A DNA stretch of 59,640 nt, filler included, from Sphacelaria rigidula (Eukaryota), in the NCBI GenBank assembly GCA_964200075.2. It is 6 parts of 6 records of this genome, joined end to end, with 100 filler letters (N's around TTAATTAATTAA, not from the genome) between each part and the next. Parts side by side here need not be neighbours in the genome. Positions count along the whole stretch, not along the records: positions 39,829 to 49,684 come from CAXNAA020007623.1; positions 49,785 to 59,640 come from CAXNAA020007624.1; 4 more parts are not named here. One strand, 5' to 3'. This document shows positions 49,476-59,640 of the stretch, one piece after another. The translations under genes and the position numbers were made by a program. Each line of letters opens with the position of its first letter. Position 1 is the first letter of the stretch. Under the pieces are notes generated by a model, which did not search any database, had not been told where the DNA came from, and saw nothing but the letters and a program-made list of their open reading frames with translations.

Positions 49476-49684
49476 CAGTCTCGAAATAATGAGTTGTCAA
49501 TGGTAGAATGACTAATGCAAGAAACAAATGGGTACCACCCCCCCTCGCCCCCCGCTCCCCCCATATGCTCCGTCTCGAAAGGGATGCGTGGTCAATGGTC
49601 ACACGACTAAGGCAAGCAACAAATGGGAAGCCCCCCCCCCCCCCTGCTCCGTCTCGAAAGGGATGCGTGGTCAATGGTCACACG
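49476..49684 (+). repeat. Family D, three tandem copies (last truncated by contig end)
   Basis: TGCTCCGTCTCGAAAGGGATGCGTGGTCAATGGTCA repeated, separated by C-runs; first copy degenerate. Confidence 0.85.
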
Positions 49685-50042
49685 NNNNNNNNNNNNNNNN
49701 NNNNNNNNNNNNNNNNNNNNNNNNNNNNTTAATTAATTAANNNNNNNNNNNNNNNNNNNNNNNNNNNNNNNNNNNNNNNNNNNNCCTAACCGGCGGTGGG
49801 GTCGCCTTTCCCCCCCAGCGCGGTACGGCACGTTGGCTCCTTCTTCCCCCCCCCCCCCCCCCCCCTCCCCCTCCTCCCACAAACTATGTGCTAGTATCCA
49901 TATTTTTTTGATCGACTGATTAATTGGATAATTGGCGCACATCAATTGATCCCCGTGGGACCCAGTCATGGTCATTATCCACAGGATAGACGCAGTACAG
50001 TCAAAGGTGGAGGTAAACAAAACGGAAAGAGTCGCTCGAGGA

Positions 50043-50192
50043 AATTCTGGATACTGATTTGACAAAAGATTACATTGCCAAAAAATGTACTGCGCACAGA
50101 ATGGTATATTTTGTCCATTGCAATAGACGGAATAGTCGATACTACGGTACGCAGTACACTTTTTGGCAATGTAATCTCTTGTCCAGGGTGTG
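50043..50192. mobile_element. hAT-type MITE family A copy
   Basis: Right end TGTCCAGGGTGTG; internal ATTACATTGCCAAAAA/TTTTTGGCAATGTAAT inversion; left end decayed. Confidence 0.75.
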
Positions 50193-50411
50193 GAAAGAAG
50201 GAAGACGAACAACGAAAGGAAGGTCAAGAGAGTTGGTCAGTCAGGCAGTCGGTCAGTCTACAGTGCTTCCACAGTAAAAAAAATCTAGAGGAAAGGTCGT
50301 GCAAAATTGAAAAATGAACATGTGTGTGCAAAACAAAACAAAATAAAACGTGAAATTGCAGGTGTAGAATTGCAACCCAACCTCTACCGTGTACCTTCCC
50401 AGTACATGTTG

Positions 50412-50444
<33 letters not shown>

Positions 50445-50747
50445 ATGGGTTGATTGATTGTCGCATATGGACTGACATGAATGCATACATCTGTAAACTA
50501 TTTGACATACCACAAAAGAGTATCATCAACATATGTATACATTTGTTTTTAGATAAATGTTGTTTTCCGCACCGGTAATCCAGTTGCTGCATCTTAAAAT
50601 TCGATTAGGCAGGGCGGAGTAGGGGGTTTGCCTCCCGGCAAAATCAATCCTAGACGCCGCCCCTCCCCCCCCTTCCCTCCCGAAAAAAACATATTCCACG
50701 CCCCATCATGAGAGCACGCGCGGGCAGAACGCATCCACGGCACCCAC

Positions 50748-50853
50748 CTCGGGGTCCTGCACGATTTGGATGACCACATCTATCAAGTAAGCGCAGACTT
50801 CCGACAGAGTCAGCTTCGACATGTCGATGTCCTGCAGCATCTCCAACGCTTGC
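50748..50853 (-). CDS. Next exon (QALEMLQDIDMSKLTLSEVCAYLIDVVIQIVQDPE); product unknown
   Basis: TTCAG acceptor in phase 2, GAG|GTGGGT donor, coding-like composition. Confidence 0.75.
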
Positions 50854-51108
50854 CTGAACGAAGGTACGACAGTTTTGATAAAAAAACGTATTATCGTTAT
50901 GATCATTCTCACATTAACAAACGCCAATGAATACGTGTGTGTATTCACAGTCTCACGTTCAAGCCTCTCGTTGCAGTATATGGTACGGTATACAATACGG
51001 TATAGTGGAAGGGACCAGATATTGCACACACGAGGAAAACCCCAACTCTCAGCCAAAAATCAAACAATCCGGATTTTCATGGGGGTGGAATCAGCTTCAA
51101 CAATAAAA

Positions 51109-51293
51109 GCCGTGTCTTACCACATTAATTTTCGATTGAAAATGTGTGGTAAAAGCGAAGAACTCCGGTCTTATAAGTTGTGATTTCCACCATTTTCAAA
51201 ATAAATGATGGTTCAAATTACGACCCATCAGATCGGAGTTCTCCTCTTCCACCGCACATTTTTTCAATCGAAAAGCAATGTGCATAGACACGC
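51109..51293. mobile_element. ~185 bp MITE with ~60-bp TIRs
   Basis: CGTGTCT..CACATT..TTTTCGATTGAAAA vs TTTTCAATCGAAAA..AATGTG..AGACACG. Confidence 0.75.
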
Positions 51294-51366
51294 CCTGACA
51301 ACAACATTGACAACAGCAAAAATAAAATTGGATTATGACAACAACACGGTCGAGTAAACAGCTTAC

Positions 51367-51434
51367 CCGGCACCACCACCACCACGACCGCCGACAGCCT
51401 TTTCCTGTGCTAGACGACTCTCGAACTTTCCGTC
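51367..51434 (-). CDS. Next exon (DGKFESRLAQEKAVGGRGGGGAG)
   Basis: GCAG acceptor in phase 0, GG|GTAAGC donor in phase 2; bridges 55222 and 50853 in frame. Confidence 0.6.
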
Positions 51435-51939
51435 CTGCCCGTCATTGTCGCATTGCACACACCACCGGGAACATATTTCCATGAGCAAACAGACAAAACG
51501 AGACATGAAATTTTTTTCGATGAATGATAAAAATGAAAAATAAAAACGGCAGGCAGCAACAACACTTTTTTTTGTTTTGCTGCTGCTGCTGTTGCATCAA
51601 CCACAACGAAAGAATTGGGGATATTTCGACCGCTCCAGGAGTAGTAACTGCGTAAAAAAAACTGGACCACATCCATCTGCACGAAACTGTTGTGCATTTC
51701 CAAAAACAAAGGGGGGGGGGGGGATCAAATGAACCACCGCTTCCCGCTCAAAACGGTCTACAACTCGTGTTTTTGTACTTTTCACTTGCTCCCCTTTCCT
51801 TTTTTTTTTTTCCGGATTGGTAGCTAACCCGTAGTGTTTACCACTTGTGCACCCCTTGGTAATTGAAGTTGGCCCACACGGTCTTAGGGTGGACACCGGA
51901 ATCCGGATTTTCAATGGGGCAGTGCTCATGGCAGTTTGT

Positions 51940-52090
51940 CCAAATCGGCGCCACGAACGCCAATTTCAGGTCTGGTAATGTTCACACTTCGCCTAAGCAA
52001 CACTTCAACACTTTCCGCTACCCTTGCCCGAGGGTTCTCGGTATGCCTTCGTTGGGGCTCGGGTTGAAGTTAGGGTTAGGGTTAGGGTTT
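51940..52090 (+). repeat. Dispersed repeat ending in TTAGGG units (second copy 54060-54185)
   Basis: Both copies share AATCGGCGCC..AATTT.AGGTC..CACTTCGC..GCCCGAGGGTTCTC..ATGCCT followed by GGGTTAG-type repeats. Confidence 0.7.
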
Positions 52091-54259
52091 GTCTTATCAA
52101 TAGTCAACATCATAAATTTCCGACAAAGTTCTTCACCCTGCAAAGTGGTGACCTCACCTCCAGCTAACAACCACGTCAGACGTCATATCACGTGGTCTCT
52201 CTATCTTTCTCTCTCCCTCTTTCGAACCTACCCACCCATTACTTACCTACTACCTACTACGCCCTCGCCCCGCAACAGATCGAGGGTAGGGTCAGACTAC
52301 CTGATCTCTTTTTTTCCCCGAGAGATAGGCGGTAACTTTTACCGTGCACTACGCTATATTTCCAGGTTAGCACAGCGCTTTCGAGTGCGCTTCACGTCGC
52401 CGCCGCTTCGAATTCATCTCTCAAACCATAATTGTCATCAAGGCGGTCCGAGGGTCAAACTACTTTTCAGGAGCATAACAGCTACTGTAAAAAACGAAGA
52501 ACAACTGGTCATTTCTTTGGCGGCCGCCGTGTACGTTGCGACACCACAGTCACGACATAGTAGCGCATGACGCCCAAGGCGCTCTTCATGTACATAGCAC
52601 CCAGACAGGACGATAATCTCGCAGAGAACTCCACCAACTACCTCAACGAGGCACGTCTACAACAACAACATCAAAAAGCAACGACGCGTGGGAAGAGGGA
52701 AAGAAAAATGCAGAGGCCCACGTATCATTATTATCCCCCACTGCATGCAACTTTTCTACGGCATCGAATATTGTACCAAAAATCTCTGTTCCCCGTCAGT
52801 TTTTGCGTAAGCACCTTTTATATTTCACCTGTAGACGGCGAGAGTAGGCCATCCGTCGAATCGGCATCAATTTCACTCGGAAAGGGTATGCACGATCCAT
52901 ATGGACTATACCCTCGCAGTCCAAGGGTTAAAATTGAAGTACACAATCGATAGATCCACTGGACGGGCCCTCGAAAAAAAAGAAAAATTTTGAATCTAAT
53001 TGCTCAATCCCAAGAAAAGCGACAACAGATACAGATACATGCACCGACATAATATGATTTGGAACCGGGCCACTAGTTCCACCCCATTAGGTTCAGATTA
53101 GAGGGTATGAATGAATCATCTGTTCGAAAAGGAATCCAGTTTCACAAGTTTTTTTTCTCCTCAGTACAGTCACGTCTTCGTCGTGCTACAAAGCATCGTT
53201 CCTACGCCAACTTTGATGCGCAATTATTACGTCAACGGTCTGGTCACCTGCGGTCAGATAGGTCGAATGCCTGACAAAATGTTGAACAATGTAGGATGTA
53301 TCTGGTTAGATCACCTGAGATTATTTTTCCAAGACGTTCGGGCAATCTGAGCTCGAGATCACCTGTCACTTGTTCGGTGATGTGGATCTGGGGTATGGTC
53401 GATAAAGATGCGTTTGGTGCTGTATTGCCAGTTACAGAATGGACTCCTGTGCTGGTATCGCGGCGTCATTCGGCTGCACAGCCCATTGTACAGCGAGAAA
53501 GAAACTCAGCTCAAGCAAGCCACACACTGGTCACGCAGGAGCCGCTCAGAGAACGTAGTTTCTCGCCCACAACGGTATCGCGCCTGTCTTTTTGTAAAAA
53601 ACAACGTCAGACGTGTCACGTTCATGGCCACGCTATGGCAGCACCATGCGGAGCTGTTTATTTAATCTACACCTGCTATTGTTTTGGGGCATGAGTCAAT
53701 AAACATATCGAGATTCGAACAGAGCTTCGGGTACCGACGTGTAGATGAGAGGAAGAAGTGCCGTTCCAGTCATCCTGACTCCGGCCGCAAGTGTCAAAGT
53801 GTCTTGCCTGTCGTGCGTCCGAACAGCGCTCAGTCAGTCGTCAAACATCAAAACACAGACAGTCGTCTGCACTTACCAACCATGAAATGTTTCTAGTGTA
53901 ATCGCCCGGGTGTATGGATGACCACAGCACTCAAACAGAGTTCACCAAACGGTTGGAAACAACGGTTGTTACTTGATCTTAGAATGAACACCGATATTTG
54001 GATATGTAGATGGGTTGACAGTCCCAAGTGCTCCTAGCTCGCTCAGAACATCTTCTTGTCTGAATCGGCGCCTGCGGCGCAAATTTGAGGTCAGCCAACG
54101 CATCACTTCGCTTTAGCATCCTCTGCGCCCGAGGGTTCTCTCATGCCTCGGTCGGGGTTAGAGTTAGTGTTAGCGTTAGGGTTGGCACATAATATACAGT
54201 AGCAACTGTAGCTGCCGATCATTTGGTGAACAGCCTTTCAAGTGACACGGCCAACCATT

Positions 54260-54545
54260 TAAAGGGCCGGAAGAGATTAGTGATTCGTCCGGAAATTACT
54301 TGATTTCAGTATCATTGATTCGTACGGTACGAATCAATCCTTACGCTTTGTTTTCAGCGTTGCAACCCAGGTACGCGCAGCCCAGGCACGTGGAATGGCG
54401 CAAAAGTTTTGTGGAGACCTCTTGGACCAGCGGTCGACTTTTTTCTTTTCTTTCGATCAATCAGGCCTAAGAAATCGTGGATTTGGTCATTCGAACCGGC
54501 GATGATTCATCCGAGCCGGAATCATTTTACGTCCAAATGACCATA
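54260..54545 (+). mobile_element. hAT-like family C copy
   Basis: Collinear with 32511-32790. Confidence 0.8.
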
Positions 54546-55221
54546 ATCACCCATGAATTTATTTGGTCAAGGCGATACCGGGAAATCCACCTTCACCCCA
54601 GATCACCTAAACTCAGGTCACCACAAAAATGTTGATCCAGATCGCCAGGCATAAAAAGTCGGTCTTACATATTTAGAGAACCTCAGCCCACATTCCTGAT
54701 GTATTTTAGTACTCCAGAATGCTTCCGAAGGTGCTGTTGTGCGGTAAAGTCGTACAGACAACACAGCATGCATACACTACTTACACGCCAATCAGGTCGT
54801 ACACGCACGGAGCGGTATGTTCAAACTTCCTCCGCTCTTGCATGTACATTAATTCAAGCGTCGGAATGCGAGGATCACATGGCGTAGTATTTCCATTTTC
54901 CTTCCCTTTCTAATCGCGTGCTCGTAGTGCCTTTGCTTGGGAGGCCAGAAATCCACACCATTTTGAGGAGATATAAAGCTATATATATATATATATATTC
55001 CTTTGTTGTGTTGCATTGCATCCTTCCCCACCGCTGGCGACTTCGCCGCCACTTATCCAATTTCAACTACCCGCTCCAACTGGTGATTACATGCGCCACC
55101 CGTCACACGACTTCAGCTCACAACTCAGCCACACACGCGCGCGCACACACGCACACACACACTCAGCAATCATGCACACGACAATATAACCAGATTTTTC
55201 AGTTGACGTTTTAGTTATCAC

Positions 55222-55332
55222 CTCTTCCTTGTTGCCAACGTCCACGCCCCACAGCTTCTTCCCGTTACAGAACGCCATGGTGACGAGCATCAAACCCAGT
55301 AATACCAAAACTCTCCTCATCATCCCGCCCAT
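55222..55332 (-). CDS. First coding exon of a signal-peptide protein (MGGMMRRVLVLLGLMLVTMAFCNGKKLWGVDVGNKEE)
   Basis: ATG, basic-hydrophobic-small-residue signal peptide pattern, GAG|GTGATA donor in phase 0. Confidence 0.7.
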
Positions 55333-56899
55333 TCTTGCAGTAGGTAACTAACGGTAGTTCTTGTTCTTGGTGCTTCTCTCGAGCCAATTTTTCTTCTCCT
55401 TCTCAAGACCTGCGAGAGTTCAAACATTTAGACGGGGGGAGGAGGGGGGGAAGGGGGGCGATGTCAAGGGGCGACGTTAACATACTCGACACACATGGAG
55501 CTTTAGCCCTCATCATGAGGAAACCATGATCGCGTTTGGTCGGTGGTACTTTCGGTACGGCAGCGTGTGCAACGTTCTACTAGGGACCCGCTCCCCTCAA
55601 CACGAGTTGCGGAATTCTGAATAAGGTCGCAGCCAATGCGGACGTCCAGATGCCCAAGTGGGGATTTACATCATGCTTCTGGAATGCGACGTCAGACCAG
55701 GGGTCGGTGGATATTCTGCTCAAAAATGTTTCCTCAAATGACAGAACCTCTATCAAGATCGTGGGTATAATTTCTGCTCAGCCCCCCCTCATCTCACAAC
55801 TTGTCTCCTTGCGCTGCATCGCAAGCGTTCATCTCATTGAAACAATGACAGTTCTTCTCAAGTTCGTGAGGAGGGTTGAAGGGAGCGATCACAACAGGGA
55901 AAAAGAAAGAAGAGAGCCTTTAATTTCGTTTAGGCCCTGCCGCCGCGAGCAGGAAATGTCGGAATTTGGTAATCTCCGTGCACGTCGGAGTTCATGGATT
56001 GTGCTCAGTTGCTCCAAGACACGATAGAGTGCTGCACCCGGGTATCGTAGATATGCTCCGTACACCCGAGGCTAGTTAGATGACCAAATCAATGACGCAG
56101 TTATTTCTCGATGAAAACACCGAAGGTATCGCCATATTCCAGTGGTTTGAGCGTAATTCATTCACGGGAGCAAGGGGCCCTAGTAGCTTCAGGCCAGGCA
56201 CCACCCTCCTCAAATAGGAAAAACCTCATCATGGGTGAGGCTGATCGGGGGTACATAATTTTTCATGGGGGTGCCCCCGGAATATCATGGAAAATAGTAA
56301 GAGAATGTAATGTACATCGAGGGCCGTGTCAACTGCAGGCCAGTAGCCACGCCCAGCCATGATTGGTGAGGCCTGAGAGGCGGGGTACCCCAGTTCTTTG
56401 GAGGGGTCTCCTCTACATACCATAGCCAGTGACGACTCGTCAGCTACTTCCTATAGAGGAATGCCGGAGTGACACGGTCCCCCTTGACTTCTGCGTCGCT
56501 ATACGATATCATCGCGGCATTCAATTGTGTGATAGGTGTGTATATGCAACTCGACAGCTGGCCAAAGGTCATCGCGTACCACTGGTCTATCAGGAATTTC
56601 GTGCCGGTTGGTAATCACTGTACTGCTGTTTGACTCCCGCATGTTACACCGACTGTAGTGCTCGAGTTGAAGTATTCATATCTCACAGCATAATTTGTTT
56701 TGATCCCAGAGAAAAAGCTATCCTGGGAGGAGGGGTGATCACAATCAGCACGGACGGCTGGCGCAGAAGGCATGGAGATGCGGTTGAGTAATCAGGATGG
56801 TGAAGGAACGTCACTGGATAGATCACAAGCGGGTGCTACTCAAACACCTGCCCCTGTCCAGGAGTTGATGACTAAATCGGTACTGTTTTTTCATAGCTG

Positions 56900-57780
56900 C
56901 AGCCGCCACTCTGTGCAGACGAGTACTGTGTTGCTGACCCTGTCTGGTGTGGAACTATACTTGTGCATCACCACATAAAATATCTACTTAGAGAGTACAA
57001 TACTCCGCAAAAGCTCGGCAAAGTGGAAATTGATCAATCACCAAGATATTTACGTACAAACCCGGGTAGGCCTTAATCTCAGTTAATACTGGAAGCAGTA
57101 CCACAACAATTACCCTCTTGGTTCCAAGACTTTCAGCACGCCCAGTCTGGAACTTCCAGTACTGTCTGTGAGGGAAGGTTGCCCCCTCGCCAGGTAGAGT
57201 CGGCAAGAGTCTCTGGTAGAACCCCCTGTTCGCGCGAGAGCTCAACGTCGAGCTGCCACGCGAGTTCTAAATATATATATAGCGGAGCTCAAAGGATGCT
57301 TGTCAGCTGGGTTCCTTCGAGCGATGATCCATGACACGGCGAAGATTTATAGCACCTTGCAGGATCTTTTGATGCCTCCATGCCCGTTTGATATCGTGCC
57401 CCGTATAATTGCCATTAGACAAAGAGTATTGAATAAAAAAAGGGCGCCATGTTGGTACCCGTCCACCGTTTCAAGGCACACTGCGCCCTCAGCGCCTTGC
57501 GCCACTGAAGCCGTGGCTTCGAGGCCTACCTGTGGTATCAAGGAAGATATACTCGAAGTTCGGGCATGATCAGACACGAGGTGCACCATGTCTCGACGCA
57601 ACACCCTTGGGAGAAAAGAATTCCCAGGAACCACCCTGTGTTGCACGGTGTATTTTCCATGTATCACAAGAACTACACCGCTGTCACACAACACCATATG
57701 CGTAGATATCATTGGTGAGTACCTCCAGGCGTGAGGGTGTATGCTGGTGCAGCAGTTCGGACACTTGCAGCGGGCGAACT
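56900..57780 (-). pseudogene. Possible decayed RLE/CRE-like RT remnant
   Basis: Faint ordered peptides (VLRR, QVG..A, LFNTL, ARCY, RTGV); low certainty. Confidence 0.25.
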
Positions 57781-57837
57781 ATTTTCCGATCCAGCGTGCC
57801 ACCGAAAGATCATGATCCAGTGGTAAATGTCGCCTTT

Positions 57838-58151
57838 CGATATGTAACAATGCTTTCGTGAGATGGGAAGTAGAGCGTTGATTGAGAGCGAGTTTCATCA
57901 TTCGCTTCAACTTGACCAACTTTTCATTATGTGTGTACTTCCTTTGCCTGAAAAACACCGTGTGCTCACAGCTGCACGTCGATATCATACTCAAGGATAT
58001 CAAGGGCTTCAGTGACGAGCTACTACAGAAAGCGTATTGGGCTTCTTCGAGGGGCATCCCGGAACCAAAACTATTAATTTATCAATTGGCAACTCGTCAC
58101 CCTCAATCGTATCGTCTACTTCCAGTATGACGAAAACGTTGTTTTACGTAA
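57838..58151. mobile_element. MITE family K, uninterrupted copy
   Basis: Collinear with 7567-7611 joined to 7928-8200 (CAGCT.CACGTCGATATC.TACTCA; AGCTACTACAGAAAGC). Confidence 0.8.
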
Positions 58152-58329
58152 ATTACTCGTTGTCAGCCTCTCCCCCGGCCACCATATTATTTGACGCTTT
58201 CAAAGCTCCTCAGCTAGTCACGCATAGGGGACTCCTGGGGGATGAGAGCATTGTTCAATTAGGTATATCTGATCAGACAGGGAAAACAAGGTCACTACCG
58301 TAGTTGTTACTCATTTTCGACAACATCGG

Positions 58330-58510
58330 AGGGAGGGTGTACTCACGATCTTGCATGACAGAGTCATTGACCTCGCATCCCTACATATCGGGACAGAGCA
58401 CGCCGGGATTTCGCCGGAGTAGGCTCGCACTCGATCACTAAGCGCGAAGCGCCGTGGTGTTTCCGGCGAAACGCATGAAGGGTGAGCTGCATCCTGCGAA
58501 GACTGTTCGG
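58330..58510 (+). repeat. Family E copy with GCGCGAAGCGC mini-hairpin
   Basis: TACTCACGATCTTGCATG..CATTGACCTCGCATCCCTACA..CACGCCGGG. Confidence 0.8.
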
Positions 58511-59434
58511 CTCAAAGCCTACTAATTATCTTGCATTTGGACGACAGCCTCCAATGAGTTGCTTCATTTTCTGGTATCATCACTTCCAGAGACAGCCACG
58601 GCTTATACACTGCCCAAGGGGTGTCTGACCATCCAAACACCACGTAGTACGATCATCTCCTTTGCGCAGAGTTGAGGTTCTCCCAGGCCGCAAAATATGA
58701 CCTAGCTCGGCCACCATCATGGTTATCGCAATCAAAACGCAAGCGCGCGCAAAAAAATCGGTGACCTGGTTGCCTAGCTTACGCAGTGGGTGGCGTGTTT
58801 TACAGGTTCATCGCCAACCGACGCCAACGCCATGGGGGAGGTGGGGGGGGTGCCTGGCCTCCAGTTGGTTGAGCCTTTTCATCGGAGGCACTCATAGCCA
58901 TCGGTATCTTACAAATGTATGAATTATCTTATTAGGTGTCGTAAATACGACGTATGATCTGCATGCCCAAGGCTAGCATGGCTCAAGGAATCAGTGAAGC
59001 ACTTGTTCCTTGACAACACGGAGGGTATGGCCCCACATTGTTGTTTCGAGCATGTGTCATTTCCCAGAGGCACTCGAAGCCACATAAATATTACTTGGGG
59101 AGGAATCTCCGTGAAGTGTGGACTCCGGCAAAAAGCTAAGCATGCCATTGCTATCGCGGCACTCCTGCACACGTACGGTGTACATGATCCTCCCGTGTAA
59201 CGTGATGAGTTTTTGGAAGCCAAACACTCATCGCCAGGGGTTGATATCCAGGGGGTGGTATATTACGTATCCTGGAAAAGTTTTACTGTACGGTGCCAAC
59301 AATAGCCGAGAGCTCATCACCCGGGGGGTGTTGTTCCGCAAGGGGAACACGAGTAATCAATAATGCAAAGTGACGACTGATGACACCTTTTCACGGCACC
59401 GTCGTGCGGACATTCTTCTTGTTCGTCACAATTG

Positions 59435-59640
59435 CAAGGGTCGGACAAATAGGGACAAATAATGACTCGTCCGAAATTTGCTTGGGTTTAGTATCATGAG
59501 TCGACTCGTGACGAATCAATCCCTATTAATAGGCTTTAATTCAGCGTTGCAACCCAGGTGCACGCAGCCCAGACACGTGGAATGGCGTAAATGTTGCGTG
59601 GATACCCCTTGGACCAGCGGTCAACTTTTTTCTCCCTTTT
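59435..59640 (+). mobile_element. hAT-like family C terminal part (truncated by window end)
   Basis: CAAGGGTCGGACAAAT terminus and conserved body. Confidence 0.82.

Noticed and set aside
51863..52570. 235-aa plus-strand ORF
   Set aside because: Antisense within an intron, runs through TTAGGG repeats (LGLGLG), no coding-like composition
52643..52657. Possible 15-nt minus-strand micro-exon (TAG|ACGTGCCTCGTTGAG|GTAGTT)
   Set aside because: Not needed by the gene model and has no independent support

Overview
Not one locus: six unrelated contigs of almost identical length (1-9857, 9958-19814, 19915-29771, 29872-39728, 39829-49684, 49785-59640; 9857/9857/9857/9857/9856/9856 bp) joined by artificial N44-TTAATTAATTAA-N44 spacers. 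The DNA is eukaryotic, intron-rich and repeat-rich; short GC-rich exons in long introns and TTAGGG-type repeats suggest a brown alga or similar stramenopile (inference). Most ORF-track ORFs are spurious. By chaining splice sites and phases by hand I recover partial models for five genes: an ABC1-kinase-like C-terminus (contig 2), a multi-IQ-motif protein with a probable GC-AG intron (contig 3, minus), a long low-complexity protein with two candidate micro-exons (contig 4), the prefoldin-like protein UXT (contig 5) and a signal-peptide protein (contig 6, minus). The rest is mobile DNA: a decayed APE-RT LINE, faint RLE/CRE-like LINE remnants, two tRNA-derived SINE families, hAT-, Stowaway/Tc1-, piggyBac- and foldback-type MITEs (several nested), two related G-run-anchored repeat families, a TTAGGG-tailed dispersed repeat and a 42-bp higher-order tandem array. 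No prokaryotic operon, CRISPR array or intact transposase is evident. All calls are by eye, without database searches.
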